Assembly: GCF_009914755.1 (NCBI RefSeq)
Contig: NC_060925.1
Length of the DNA: 64,000 nt
Direction: 5' to 3' (one strand)
Source: the human T2T-CHM13v2.0 reference genome, Homo sapiens
Positions within the stretch are counted from its first letter, which is position 1; the number at the start of each line of letters is the position of its first letter. The notes below the pieces were generated by a model. That model saw only the letters and a list, made by a program, of their open reading frames with translations, ran no database searches and was not told the origin of the DNA. The translations under genes and the position numbers were made by a program. Shown piece by piece: positions 39,464 through 57,419 of the stretch.

Positions 39464-39466
39464 TTA

Positions 39467-39910
<444 letters not shown>

Positions 39911-40749
39911 CTAGGTATTTCAGGCAGAATGCTGGGCACTTTATCCGATCTCCTTTAATTCCTCAAGACAACCCCATGAAGTGGATGTTACTTTTGTTTT
40001 ATAGATGAGGCAACTGGCCGGGCGCAGTAACTCATGCCTGCGACCCCAGCACTTTGGGAGGCTAAGGTGGGTTGATGGCTTGAGCTCAGGTGTTCAAAAC
40101 CAGCCTGGGCAACATGGTGAAAACCCATCTCTACAAAAAATACAAGAATTAGCCACAGTCCCAGCTACTCTGGAGGCTCCCTTGAGCCCAGGAGACAGGT
40201 TGCAATGAGCCGAGATCACAGCACTAAGCTACTGCCTGGGCGACAGTGAGACCCTGTCTCATAAAAAAATAAATAAATAAATGGAAGCCGAGGTTTCAGC
40301 AACCCCAGCAGGGCTATACTAATGCTCCTATTTTTCCAATGCCAATATTCCAAACTACATCCACTACGTCATTTTCCCCAAAAGAAAACTCTTGGTGGTG
40401 AGAGTTATTTTTCGGACAATACTGCCTCCCAGAAAACCAAGTGCCAGTCTTGCTTCTGACACTTGCTAGGTACATGACTTCTGTGTTACTCAGTTCCCTA
40501 CCTGGTAAAAGGAAGCAGCACCACCTTACATGTCAGAAGCCTAGTATGAAGACCAATTAGATGCCATCCTGCATTGCCTAGGAAATTAATTTACTATTAG
40601 TTTACTAAGGAAATCAGGAAGGGCTTATTGTTTCTGTGTTGTAGATGCGAAAGTACAAGCCGAAAGGTTCTAAAAGCAGCATACAACTTGTTTTGTGTTA
40701 GCTTTTTGAAGAGGACTATACTCTGGCAGAGATGTGAAATACTCCTAGG

Positions 40750-40930
40750 CAGTGGTTCTTAAACTTCAGTGTGCCTAAAAATCATCTGAAGCGCTTATAG
40801 CGATTTCTTGGGATCTTCCATCTCTTCAGATTCGGTTTTAGTAGGCTGGGGCCTGTGAATTTGCATTCTAAGAAGCTCACAGGTGATGTTGATGCTGCTA
40901 GTCCAAGGCCCATACTTTGACTAACCCTGA
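40750..40930 (+). mobile_element. MER5A (hAT-Charlie)
   Basis: CAGTGGTTCTTAAACTT start; ATTTGCATTCTAA..CAGGTGATG.TGATGCTGCT. Confidence 0.7.
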
Positions 40931-41142
40931 GGTTAGATATAACTAGTTACTCCAAAGAGCCTACAGTTATTCTAACATGCTGTGTGGCTAATTGCGAATT
41001 GGAAATGATTGAAAGCATCGTTATTCTTTTTGCTGAGTAACTATTAAAAAAACCAACTAAAGTTCATCTCTAGTGAATTCTGCTAAGTGAAAGTATAAGG
41101 CAGCTTTCAAAAGTTCTTTCCATGGCTGGGCGCAGTGGCTCA

Positions 41143-41550
<408 letters not shown>

Positions 41551-41869
41551 TCATTCTCAAATACACCATGCGTTCCCCCAACCATGGACTTTGCACACAA
41601 GATCTCCTCTATTTCAACAGACCCCTTAACTATTTGATTCTTCACATTTTTGTTTAAAATTCTACTCCTAAGGGCAACATTCCCTAATCCCCCAGTGTAT
41701 ACAGGGTCCCCATTATATGCTCTCCTAACACTGTATTTTCAAAGTATGTGCCATATGTAAGTCCATTTGTTTGTCCAACATCTTGCAGTTAAAATATATT
41801 TCTGAAATACCTGAAAATATAAATTGTTATCTATATTGTTAGCTGAATCAGGTTATTTTCACCATTTCA

Positions 41870-42065
41870 GTGTCGTCTCAACCCTGGGTCATATTATGAT
41901 CACCTAAGGAATTTAAATTTAAAAAATGAGAGAGAGAGAGAGAGAGATGCCCAGGTCTCATCCCCAGAGATCCTGAAATAATTAGTCTGAGGTGGGGCTC
42001 CAGGATTTGTATTTTTAAAAGCTTTCCAGGTACTTCTAACACACAGCCAGTGTTGAGCACTATTT
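41870..42065. mobile_element. MER5-family element
   Basis: CAGTG..TCTCAACCCTGG..; TTTTTAAAAGCTTTCCAGGT..; GTTGAGCAC. Confidence 0.55.
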
Positions 42066-43305
42066 ATTCTACAATGTAGGAAGAAGCTATGGCAGGGTGG
42101 CTTTTTGAAATTTGGCAAAGATAGTTTCCCAGGACTTCAGGTCAGAGGACATGTATTTACCAATAAGAGGTAAATATGACAGAAGGATTGAAAAGGAATA
42201 CTGATAGTACAAGTTCAACTCATGGTGACTTGAAATTTCAGAAATTCTTGATATTTTTACTTCATTGAAAAGCTGGTAATATCCTATTATTACCAAAACC
42301 TTTTGTCTTTGTTAAGCTTGGTAGGCAGTATTTAAAGTGATTCTGGATGTGCTCATATGGTTGGCAAGAGTAAGCCCTTTCTAGAGAAGAGAGGAAGGCC
42401 CATACCAAGCAGGTGGTCAAATATTCCGTGAACAGCAATGTTAGCATTAGAGCACAGATCTCCCAATTCTAGTCTATACCTCCTTCCTCTCAGCACACAA
42501 CTTCTTCCTATAGAAGGAAGAGTAAACTCTTGATATTCACTTAGGTGGCATCCCCCTGCCCCCAGTTGGTTCTTCTGATACCCTAATTCATTTACTTTAA
42601 ACTGGTATGGTTTCTAAACAAATGTATTTAAAGACTTTACATTTACCTAAAAGTATTACTCAGCTTTTTTGCTTTAAGAGACAGGGTCTTAACTCTTGTC
42701 ACCCAGGCTGGAGTGCAGTGGCACAATCAAAGCTCACTGTAACCTCGAACTCTTGGGCTTACTTTAGGTTTATCTCAAGTTTTGATACGCAGCGCTTTTA
42801 TCATCAGTTAACTTTTCATTATTTCGCGATTTCCATTATTATTGTTTAACTGAGTTAACATTTTAACACTGCTCTGTATTGGTACCTTAGTAGACTCTAA
42901 ATATTACTAGCTAAGGGAAATTAAAACAAATAATCATAATGGGGAAAGAGAGAAACAGTTCAATATTTATTGATTTATTTATTTGAGAGAGTCTCACTCT
43001 GTCACCCAGGCTGGAGTGCAGTGACCCTATCTTGGTTCACTGCAACCTCCGCCTCCCAGGTTCAAGTGATTCTCGTGCCTCAACCTTCTGAGTAGCTGGG
43101 ATTACAGGCATGCGCCACCAGGCCCAACTAATTTTTGTATTTTTTAGTAGAGAGAGAGTCTTGCCATGTTGGCCAGACTGGTCTTGAACTCCTGGCCTCA
43201 AGTGATCTGGCCACCTTGGCCTCCCGAAGTGCTGGGATTATAGCCGTGAGCCACAGTACCTGGCCCTCTACTTTTTCCTATGTAAGATGAGCAGAAAATG
43301 AATGA

Positions 43306-43612
<307 letters not shown>

Positions 43613-44029
43613 TAGGATTACAGGTGTGAGCCACTGCGCTTGGCCCAAAGTAATACACACACACACACACACACCAGAACTATGTTTTCTTTTTTTTTTT
43701 TTGAGACAGAGTCTTGCTCTGTCGTCAGGCTGGAGTGCTGTGGCGTGATCTTGGCTCACTGAAACCTTCGACTCCCTGGTTCAAGCGATTCTCCTGCCTC
43801 AGCCTCCCAAGTAGCTGGGATTACAGGCACGCGCTACCATGCACAGTAATTTTTGTATTTTTAGTAGAGACCGTGTTTCGGCATGTTGGCCAGGATGGTC
43901 TCGATCTCCTGACCTCATGATCCGCCTATTGTGGCCTCCCAAAGTGCTGGGATTACAGGGGTGAGCCACTGCGCCCAGCCCAGAACTATGTTTTCTAATG
44001 GTCATAGTGCTCCATGTGAAAGCAGCTTA

Positions 44030-45455
44030 CTCGCCTGGCAAGAAAATGAAGTTTAAAATGTTGGCAGACCAAGAGGCTGAGATGCCCCAATAGCAACATG
44101 CAAACCCAGTGAGTAAAAGCTTGGTTTCTAAATCCCATTCTCCTAGAAGAAACCAGGGATTCTTGTAGAAATGGCTGATTCTAGGACTGAGGCAGGGAAA
44201 ATACAAGATATGTCTGTGGCATCTTGTGATGGCAGAAAGTACGTGCTCTAAAAACAAAAGTATCAGGGAATGTCAAGGGACACATAAGCCAACTTGAAAG
44301 AGCCCCTAATGGCTAAAGCTGGAACAATGTGAACAACAAAATCATGTACTATTGGGTTATAATTCAAAGTATGAAATATACATGAGCCCATACTGATATA
44401 TACATACCCATGTGTGTACATTTATACATACACACATATAAATACATATGAGTGACTAAACAAACAAATAGAGAAGAGAGACATCTTCCTTGTGGGAAAA
44501 TTCCAAATAATTTAAGTAGACGCTTCCCACTCTAGAAAGGAAGTAAAGCTTAATTCTCTCCTACTCCCATCTCTCTTCCCAAGTGTGGGTTGGATTTAGT
44601 GACTGGCTTTCATATAGACTAGAGTAAGAAAGGGGGGAAAGAAAAGTAACTATAGAGAAACCTGGCAAACACCAACTTAGCCAAATAAAGTTATCATGTG
44701 AGTATCTTGTACCTGCTGATATATGAGAAGAGAACTTCATTTATATGGTATTTGTGTTTTTATTTTTTAGAGACAGGGTCTCATTCTGCTGCCCAAGCTG
44801 AAATGCAGTGGCATGATCATAGCTCACTGCAGCCTTGATCTCCTGGGCTCAAGTGATTCTCCTGCCTTAGCTTCCTGAGCAGCTGGGACTACAGGTGTGC
44901 ATCACCATGCCTGGCTAATTTTTAAGTATTTTTGTAGAGATGGGGGGGTCTTCCTATATTGCCCAGGCTGGTCTCAAACTCCTAGCTTCAAGTAATCCTC
45001 CTGCCTTGGTCTCCCAAAGAGCTGGGATTACAATATACAGTTATTTTTATCCAAAATACATAACCCCACTTTAATCATGAGAAAAACACCAGACAAATAC
45101 AAATTGACAGACATTCTACAAAATGTCCCATTATTACTCCTCAAAATTGTCAAAGTCATGAAAAAGACCAAAAAACTGTCAAAGTCCAGAGGACACTAAG
45201 GAAATGATTCCTTAGATGCAATGTAGTATCATGGACTGCATCTTGGACCAGAAAAGGGACATTGGTGAAAATCTAAATACTCTTAAGTTTAGTTACAAGC
45301 AACATACCAAAGCTGGTTTCTTAGTTTTGACAAATGTCCTATGGCAATATAAGATGTTATTATAAAGGGAACTGGATGAGGGGTATATAGAACTTTCTGT
45401 AAAATCTGCAACTTTTCTGTAAGTCTGAAATTATTTCAAAATAAAACTTTAACTG
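44030..45455 (+). mobile_element. Old L1M-type 3' fragments (Alu inserted ~44765-45030)
   Basis: AATCATGAGAAAAACACCAGACAAA, GGACCAGAAAAGGGACATT, TCTGAAATTATTTCAAAATAAAA. Confidence 0.55.
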
Positions 45456-45531
45456 AATAACATTTGGCATATGATTCTCTGTAGCTTAATGTATAAATCA
45501 TCTCATGATTTGGTAATACACAGTGATGTCA

Positions 45532-45765
<234 letters not shown>

Positions 45766-46620
45766 TCAAGAAAAGAAAAAGCAAACAAAAAGTAATGTAA
45801 AATGTTACTCCCTACAAAATGGAGAATATGGAAGTACATGCTAATGACATAGTTGAAATTGAAAAACTGGATTCCTCTATTTTTTTTTTAAATAATAAAA
45901 CTTGAGTGATGAAAACAGAATTAGATACAGTAGCCTAGGATCTTTCCCCAACCAACTTAGAATTCTATTGACTTAAAAAGAGCCATTTGAAACAAGATAG
46001 TATGTCAAAAACTCCAAAATAACTTGTTTGGAGAGTGGTTTTAAAGCTATCTTTGGATTTAATTGTTGCAAACAGCCTAGAATGAATTTTGAAATATAAA
46101 GAAAAAACAAACAAACAAAGATCTGCCAAAGTAATAAGGAGCAGATACTTCTTAGTGGGATGCGATGCTGATGCAGCATGTTAACGACCTCTAGCTTTCT
46201 GTTTTCATGAAGAATATGAGATCCATGAAAGCAGAGCCTACTGTGGTCACTGTTATCCTATCTCCACTTAGTGCACAGTAGATGTTGAGTTAAATATTGG
46301 TTGAACAAAACAAGCTCATGATGCAGTTATGGGCTAGCTTATTGGCCTACACAAGAACCCAAAATAAGTTCATTTTGAAAATTAGTATCATTTTCCTTTG
46401 TTAGAAATGAAAAAATGTTCATTTACTGAATAGCCATAAGTTGACTGGTTAGAAAATAGGTATAAGCACCTTAATAAATGCACTAAAAGAGGTATTGGGC
46501 CAGGTGCGGTGGCTCATGCCTGTAATCCCAGCACTTTGGGAGGCCGAGGTGGGCGGTTCACCTGGAGTTGGGAGTTCAAGACCAGCCTGGCAAAACAAAT
46601 ATGGTGAAACCCCATCTCTA

Positions 46621-46875
<255 letters not shown>

Positions 46876-47603
46876 TCAATGTTGGCAATGTCACCTATTA
46901 TATTAAAACAAAAATTGCCAAACCCTATTTTCCAGTAAAAAGACTAGAGAGGGTAATAATCTTGACACTGTTTTGCAGTTCAGTGGATATTAGTAGGGGG
47001 CAATTATCTTACTTTGCTCATATTTTGTCATTAGGCAACTTCTAATCCTAGCACACATTCCGTGTCCACAGCAACAAGATACTCAAAGCTTACTTTGTAG
47101 TCTCTTCAACATACTTCATGTTATAGGTAAGATTTCAAACATTATTTCTGTCATTGTACTAGAGATGTTTATATCTTAAGATATTTTTCAACCCTTTAAT
47201 TGTTCTTTCAAAAATATTTCTCTCTTTCCTCCATTCCTTACACTTGTTAATATGTAAAATACTGATAACTAGGCCATCTCTACTACCTGAAATCCCTCCC
47301 TGGTCAGACCCCTGCAAAAAACAGCTACTGATTCTCAAGAGGCAGTTACCATCCTGTATTCCCCTAAACTCCCCTCCCTCAACCTCTTGAGTGCTGTCAA
47401 TACCTTCTAAAAACTTCTATCACTCAGAGACGATTCCTTGATCATAATCCTCTGCACTTTGATTCTGGAGGTTGTTTACTCAGTTGATCATAGAACCAGG
47501 CTGCTTCTCCCAATTGAGGGATCCCAGGCAAAGCCTGTGGTCAGGCTCCAAAACAGCTTTTCAGGCCCCATCTTTTACAGCTGATGCTGTCGCATACCCT
47601 TCA

Positions 47604-48020
<417 letters not shown>

Positions 48021-48857
48021 GCATACAGCATTCCACCACTGAAAAATGGCCTCTGTGGGCTTATGTAGTGGGATCTTGTATTGTGTTCAACTACACTTCA
48101 GAGAAACATTTTATTGCTATAGAAAATTTTGTTCTTGTGTTTCACAAGTCTTGCCAAGTCTCTTAATGTGGTATTTCTTCAGAGATGGAAGCCAGCAGAA
48201 ATCTCTTGTTATCCAGATACAAAAGAAAAAGACTATTTATCTGGGAGTAGTCTGGCTTTCTTCATAAATACATTTTGTAGGTTGATGGCCCACAAACAAC
48301 TGAAATGGAAAACCATCTGTAGAGACTGCGACTTCATGAAAGGGTGGGAAAATTAGAAAGCACAGCACTCCAATATCTGTAGGAGAAGCAGAGGCCCAAG
48401 CAGAGGCCCACAGTCAGCTTTATACTCACCAGAATGGCTTGAATGAGGTTGGAGTTGGCAGACAATGTGATTTGCATACATGGTATTGGCTTGATTTTAA
48501 ACCCCACCCCCACTTTTATAAAAATCCCACCCCCACTTTTGTAAAAGCATAATATAGCTTTTGGTTTTATTCATTCTTTAGAGGACATCTTTGGGTTTCT
48601 TAAGCATTGCAGGCAATTGATGGAAGATTTTAAAATCAGTGGTAGTGGCAGTCTCAAAGTGAATTATTGTCCTGAGTCCTGATACACAGAGTGGAAAACT
48701 TAGTTATCTAAAGGACTGCCCTTGAGGCCTACTGTCCTGAATGCATTTTTAGTTAGTGTTGGAAACAAGTTTCACTGGACTCCCAGTGGGGCATTCCCAC
48801 CCAAGCACAAGTGCCCTCCTTACCCACAAAGTAGCTTGCCTTTTCAGTGAGTAGAGA

Positions 48858-48930
48858 CATATACATACATACATGTGCATGCACATACGTGCGCATACAC
48901 GCACATACACACACTCTCTCACTCTCTCTC
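48858..48930. repeat. Alternating purine-pyrimidine (CA/TA/CG) tract followed by (CT)n
   Basis: Direct reading. Confidence 0.85.
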
Positions 48931-49044
48931 GTTTTATCTCTCTCCCCTCAGGAGTGATTTGAATTAGACAATAAATAGCCAGACAGCACCCCCAGGAATG
49001 GGCACACATGCAGCAGCTGTCCAAAGGAGAAGTCACTTTACTTT

Positions 49045-49885
49045 CTTTTAAACTTGCAATGTTTGTCTTTATTTTGTTCTTTATATTTTCAAAGTGAAAA
49101 GAAATAGTACTGAGTCAATTTCTTTTTGTTTTTTTAAATATTTGTTCTATGTATTTACAAGCCTTAAAGTTGCTCTAAAGATTTCAAGAGTATTAAGAGT
49201 ACTTTTCTCAGGGTAGCACTTTTTTTTTTTTAAACAATTCTTGGAGTTCTGTGGTCCACAGCATTTCCTTCTGTTTCAATGTTATGTATGTTTTGATTAC
49301 TATTGTGATTTTTTAAATTTTCTGAAGCAAGCTGAGAGGCAGGCAGAAAGATTTGATGCCAAAAAAAAAAAAATCTTTCTTACCTTGTTCACCCCAAACT
49401 TTCTCAAATCTGGACTAAATGCTATACCTTAAAACAAACATGAGGTGCATCTTGAAGGGGAGGGAAATTTATTTCTCTGCTTTTCTATTATACAAGTTGT
49501 TTACAGAAACTGCAAATTAAAAAATTACACTGGCATTTGCAGTCCTTAAAATAAATTAAAAGTTCTCAACTTTTTTTTTTTTTGCTAAACATTTTTTTAA
49601 GTATGAGTCCTTGTTTAAAAAGAAAAGATTAAAACAGAAAATATTTTCTATAAATAATACATGTATTTTGGTTTTAGTGCTCCCGCCCTAAGGTTTGAAG
49701 TTTACTTTTATCCAGTACCTTTTTCCTCCATGATCACCTTTTTTTCTCTTTCCCCTCTCCCACTCGTGCACACGTGGGGGTTTCTGCGAGAATTGGCCTT
49801 GCTGCACTGTGATTGGCGAAGACGTGAAACTTTTTAAAAAAATACTTAAATTGTTTCTTTTGTTTCATTTTGTGTATTTGAAGTT
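49045..49885 (-). other. EIF4G3: EIF4G3 3' UTR (3' end approximate)
   Basis: Repeat-free AU-rich sequence after the stop codon, ending near an AATAAA. Confidence 0.8.
49068..49073 (-). terminator. Poly(A) signal AATAAA for EIF4G3
   Basis: Plus-strand TTTATT; other candidate hexamers at ~49468, ~48566 and ~48110. Confidence 0.65.
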
Positions 49886-50067
49886 TTAGTTATCCTCAGA
49901 CTCCTCTTCTGCTTCCCGCAGCCACGTGAAGAATGCCGTGACAGATTTCAGAGCCACGCCCTTCCCATTCTGCTCTGCAGGGTCCTTGCTGCTCTCCCAT
50001 TTGTAGAAGGCATCCTCGGAGATCACCTCCTCGTCATATAGACAATCAAAAAACATCCGCAGCAAAT
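49886..50067 (-). CDS. EIF4G3: EIF4G3 last coding exon (..[60 protein letters not shown]), end of W2 domain
   Basis: TTGCAG acceptor; eIF4G C-terminal aromatic/acidic (AA-box) W2 sequence; TAA at 49886-49888. Confidence 0.97.
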
Positions 50068-50310
50068 CTGCAAGGAGGTGAAAATAAACTATAAGCTTTG
50101 GGACACTGTAGTTATGAGGAAAAGAATATATTTCAAAATAATGAATGACTGAATAAATGTGCATTAATTCCCCCAGAAAAAAGCAATAATGACAATTCAC
50201 CATACTTGCTCTTGACAGTATAAACAGCCCAACAACTTGTTTAAAGAAGAGGAAAAAAAGATTGAAGCAGTCTAAATTCTTTTTTATTCCTATTATTTTG
50301 TACAATTTGA

Positions 50311-50718
<408 letters not shown>

Positions 50719-50751
50719 GGCCACCACAGTCAGCTAATTTTTGTATTTTAA

Positions 50752-50928
<177 letters not shown>

Positions 50929-51180
50929 TAAACCCTATAAAATTTAAATACGAGTAGTTTTTTACTTTCTTTTTACTATTTTCTGCGCTGCAAGTTTACT
51001 GTATTATTTTTACAAAATTTGGGGGAAGGGAGAAAGGCAGGATATGCTTTTTATTCCTTGTAATGTTGTTTTAAAAATGAAGAGGTGGCCGGGCGCGGTG
51101 GCTCACACCTTTAATCCTAGCACTTTGGGAGGCCGAGACAGGCGGATCACGAGGTCAGGAGATCGAGACCATCCTGGCTA

Positions 51181-51390
<210 letters not shown>

Positions 51391-51655
51391 TCACATGGAA
51401 AACATGAGTAAAAGCTATCTCATCTGGATTTTATCCAGTGAAACTACACCTGTTATTTACTGTTTTAAACGTCCAAACTATCCGTGTGATTTTAATTCTC
51501 GGTTTTACTCTCATAGTAAAACTGAGAATTATAGTTATCATATATAATAAGTTATTAGCTTATAGTTATTATAGTCAGCTCTCCGATCATTTATATTAAT
51601 GGAGGGAGACAGTGGAATAAACAATAAATGCTAATCAATATTAGGTTTATCATGA

Positions 51656-51832
<177 letters not shown>

Positions 51833-52399
51833 TAGTTTTAGTAGAGACGGGGTTTCACCATGTTGGCCAGGCTGGTCTCAAACTCCTGACCTCGGGTGAT
51901 CTGCATGCCTCGGCCTTTTTTTAAAAAGACTTATCTTTGTAATTATATTAGTTAAGCTAATATTATCAAATTATCTGATTCATGGTAGATTGTCTCTTCA
52001 GTTACACTATAAGGATAATTTGCTTTCATCTTTTCCTTTATCTCCAAGAGCGATTCAGGACTAGGAAAGAAGGAATTTTACAAAAGCGAAAATAAGGAAG
52101 TACCAAAGAACTACTTGAGTGCTCTCTCTAATAGCTATGTACTGCCCGCTTTAACAAATACCAACTGAATTTTCAAGATGTAATAAAAATCATTAGTTAA
52201 CACCAAGTATCACTAAGACTTAAGTGTACAGGTTACTTTGTTTCATTAGCCAAGAATTAATCATAACCCTTAACTAAAAACTATTCTGAAACTCCTTAGT
52301 AAATATAGCATGGTAAATACACTACACTTAGGGTCTTTGTTGGGTGTCTAAAGATTCTAGAGTATCATCCTCAACATCATTAACCATTTTCATGCCCTA

Positions 52400-52585
52400 G
52401 ACCTGTGTTGTCCAATATGGAAGCTATTAGTCAAACATGGTTATTTAAATTTAAAGTCAATAATTCAGTTCCTAAGTCACAACAGACATATTTAAGTATA
52501 GAATTGCCACATGTGGCTCATGATTACCATACTCAATGGTATGGATATATACTACCATCACTGTGGAAAGTTTTATTAGGCCTGC
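52400..52585. mobile_element. MER3/MER33-like hAT fragment
   Basis: CTGTGTTGTCCAATATGG.AGC..TAG..ACATGG..ATTTAAATT. Confidence 0.55.
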
Positions 52586-52806
52586 CCTGGAATGGGGATG
52601 AAATAACCTAATCTAAATAGTTTTCTTGTTGTGATATTTTCATACAAACATATAACAAATTCATTTTTTTTTTTTTGGACAGAGTCTTGCTCTGTTGTCC
52701 AGGCCGGAGTGCAGTGGCGCCATCTTGGCTTAGTGCAAACTCCGCCTCCCAGGTTCAAGTGATTCTCGTGCTTCAGCTTTCTGAGTAGCTGTAGCTGGGA
52801 CTATAG

Positions 52807-53046
<240 letters not shown>

Positions 53047-53080
53047 TAGCCAGGATGGTCTCGATCTCCTGACCTCATGA

Positions 53081-53302
<222 letters not shown>

Positions 53303-53424
53303 TGAGTTTGTGTTATTAGTGATTCTTTTATTGTCCTTTGTTCGAACCCTAAATCATCTCTAAGTCCTGGCTTGGATAAATCTCACTCATTGGTTAGATT
53401 AACTGTAACATGAGATAAACTTAC

Positions 53425-53571
53425 TGGCAGGTTGATCAAGTTTTACTATCGATGCTTGTAGTGCATAAAGTGCTTGCAGTTCCTTCTCTGTATCTGAGTC
53501 TAGGTACTTGAGTAAGATCGGCACTCTCTGCTTGATAACAGCAGTGTCCACTCTGAAGGTAGAAGAGTCGG
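53425..53571 (-). CDS. EIF4G3: EIF4G3 penultimate coding exon (147 nt; ADSSTFRVDTAVIKQRVPILLKYLDSDTEKELQALYALQASIVKLDQPA)
   Basis: TTTAG acceptor, A|GTAAGT donor; phase 1/1; W2-domain ELQALYALQ motif. Confidence 0.96.
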
Positions 53572-53606
53572 CTAAAGGTGATAGAAGAACTAGGAATTAC
53601 ATTTAA

Positions 53607-53819
<213 letters not shown>

Positions 53820-54339
53820 TAGCAGAGACAGGGTTTCACCATGTTGGTCAGACTTGTCTCGAACTCCTGACCTCAGGCGATCCACCCGCCTCAGCCTCCC
53901 AAACTGCTGGGATTACAGGCATGAGCCACTGCTCCTGGCCTTTCTTCTTCTTCTTCTTCTTATATTTTAGATTTTAAATAATAGAGACAGGGTCTCGCTA
54001 TATTGCCCAAGCTGGTCTTGAACTCTTGGGCTCAAGCAATCCTTCTGCCTTGGCCTCCCAAAATGCTGGGATTACAGGCATGAGCCACTGCAACCTGGCT
54101 CATTTTCAATTTTCTGAGTACAAAGGACCCATATGGCTCTACAAGAGAAGAGGAGGCAAGAAGGTCTAAGGCAAATATTTTGAAATCCAAAATGCTCTGA
54201 AATTATTAATGAGACATTCTCTCACAAATAATAAAAACTATGGAGGGGATGCATTTTGAATGCTGGTTTCCCTCAGGAGTAGCGTACCCAATTATCTTTA
54301 ATTGTAATGAAACAGTGACTGTGGTTTTATGACAAACTA

Positions 54340-54502
54340 CAAAAGCAAAATTAATCAAATGTCTTACCATAAAAAAAGGTAAGTGAGGTGATAGATATGT
54401 TAATTAATTTGATTCAATCATTCCACATTGGACATGTATATCAAAACATCACATTGTACCCCATAAACATATACAATTATAATTTGTCAATCAAAAATAA
54501 AT
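54340..54502 (+). mobile_element. L1M-type 3' end fragment
   Basis: GTGAGGTGATAGATATGTTAATT..ATCAAAACATCACATTGTACCCCATAAA. Confidence 0.6.
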
Positions 54503-55831
54503 GAAACATGGAGTAGGAATTTCAAGTGAGTATTTAAAAAAAGCAACATTAGAAAAGGAAATTAAAGTGACACTTAATACAAATCTTTTCAGAAGGCTAA
54601 AATAATTGGAACCATTTTGTTATTACTAGGATAAAAACTAACTGTGGCAGTGGCAGATAACATACCTAATCTAGGCCTTTTGAGGGAAAGGAATGATAAA
54701 AAGGGGCTGAGAAATGAAAAGCATCCTCAGTACAAAGACACATACGGGTTTATATTATCTGTAAGTTATCACTAAGACACAATTTTGTTTTTAAAAGCAG
54801 ATTTTGCTTTTAAAATCTGGCCATCGTGGCTCATGCCTGTAATTCCAGTTACTCAAGAGGCTGAGGCGATAGGATCCGCTTAAGCCCAGGAGTTCAGGTC
54901 CAGCCTGGGCAACACAGTGACCCCCACCATCTCAAGAAAACAAAAACCAAACAGCTTTTGGACTTCCCAACTCGAATTTTAAAACATGAAAGTCTTATGA
55001 TGGTTCTATGGATACTGAAAATGATTTTTAAAAATTTCATGAAGACTTTCTACTTAGCTTTGTTATTTATCTCATTAAAGAACATTGAAAATAAATTCAT
55101 TGCAAATCTTAAATTACAATTCTGAAGCTATATTAAGTGGCAGAAAGCCATCTTCAAAATAGAGACAGACTTGAAATTCTGAGACACCTTTGCACTGATG
55201 AATTTTTTTTTCTCGCTTCAGTGACAGAAGTATGAATTTCTATCTGAAACTAAAGAGATGTCTTCATTGAATAATGTTAAACATTGTATACAGCTTGGAA
55301 TATTTGGGATTTCTACTGACCCTAATCCTATCAATATTAACAATTCATAAGCCAATAAAATTGTCTTATCATATCAAATAAAGTCAACAAAGAACAGGAC
55401 AAACTGTTGATATTTTTTTCTTCATGTATGTACTTATATAACATGACTTTTTTGATGAGAATAACCCTATACTGATAATTAGATTAAGAATATTCAACCT
55501 GTTCATTATAATTCATTATTGGAAGGAGGAGGCGGCCCTGAATGTTAGAAGTGAAAAGATAAAGAAAAAGCTACACGCAACGTAGTGAAAAACAACCCAA
55601 GGAGCATGCAAGGCATGTGGTAGCTGGTTAGATCTGGGTTCTCTGTAGGCGGAGCAGCTATTTGTCTCCACGCTTGAGACAACCAGGCATCACAGACAGA
55701 AAGGACAGTGCACAGAAAAGTGAGCTACATAGGAGAAGTTTTGAAAACAATGTAAAATCAAACTGTATACTTAGTAGTTGACATAATGGGGATTTCAGAT
55801 GTTATGAGCTGCCTTCAGAAATGTTACTTAC

Positions 55832-55913
55832 CTATAATAGCTGCTTTACAAACAGCAGTCATTAAAGCTCTAAGGAATGTAGGTGAACTCATCTGGATTT
55901 CGTCTAGATTAGC
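55832..55913 (-). CDS. EIF4G3: EIF4G3 coding exon (82 nt; ANLDEIQMSSPTFLRALMTAVCKAAII)
   Basis: CAG acceptor, G|GTAAGT donor; FLRALMTAVC is typical of eIF4G. Confidence 0.96.
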
Positions 55914-56073
55914 CTGAAGTCAAAAAGAAATAAAACAATTAAAGATACCTTGCTCAGCCAGGCACAGAGGCTCATGCCTGTAATCCCAACACTTTGGGAG
56001 GCCGAGACAGGAGGATCACTTGAGGCTAGGAGTTGAGACCAGTCTGGGCAATATAGTAAGACCCTATCTCTTA

Positions 56074-56517
<444 letters not shown>

Positions 56518-56613
56518 TCAAAACAAAAAACAAAAAACAAAAAAAGATACCCTTGCGTATCAGAGAAATGATCTCTTGAACATCAGGACTGATCTGGCAC
56601 TAAGAACAGATGA

Positions 56614-56745
<132 letters not shown>

Positions 56746-57419
56746 TAGCTGGGACTACAGGATCCCTGCCTCAGCCTCCCGAGTAGCTGGGACTACTCAG
56801 CTAATTTTTTAGTACTTTTAGTAGAGATGGGGTTTCACTATGTTGGCCAGGCTAGTCTCAAACTCTGACCTCGTGATCTGCCTACCTCAGCCTCCCAAAG
56901 TGCTGGGATTACAGGCATGAACCATCACACCCAGACCAGATGAATCACATTTTTGCACATTCTTGCTAAAATTAAATGTCCAATTCATTGAAAAATAATT
57001 TGGCTATTGCCAGTTCTATGTGCAAATATTTGAATTAGCAGTATTTACTTTTCAGGGTCCTTCCCACTGCCTATCCTTTACTCATTCAATTATACAGTGT
57101 TATGTACTTGTACATTTGGAAGTATAACCACTTAAAAACATATTTTATTCCTCAATAAATAATCCATATTAAGATCATCTACTCAATCTATGAAAGAACG
57201 ACACCACAACTGCAGTGTATTTTAATGACTACTTACTCAGAAGCATGTAACTATTTTTACATGTGCCAACACTGCTTTTTCATCTTAATTTTAATGTGAA
57301 TTAGAAGTTAATCTCAAGCATTACTTAACCCCTTAAGTGGTGAGAAAAATGTTACTCTTTTCTAAGGAAGGCAAAACAAAAGCATTTAAAAACTAATTTA
57401 ATTAAGGTTAAAAATTCAT

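Noticed and set aside
50068-50305. N-terminal part of the 139-aa ORF upstream of the EIF4G3 last exon
   Set aside because: Intronic open frame; the true exon starts at the acceptor at 50067
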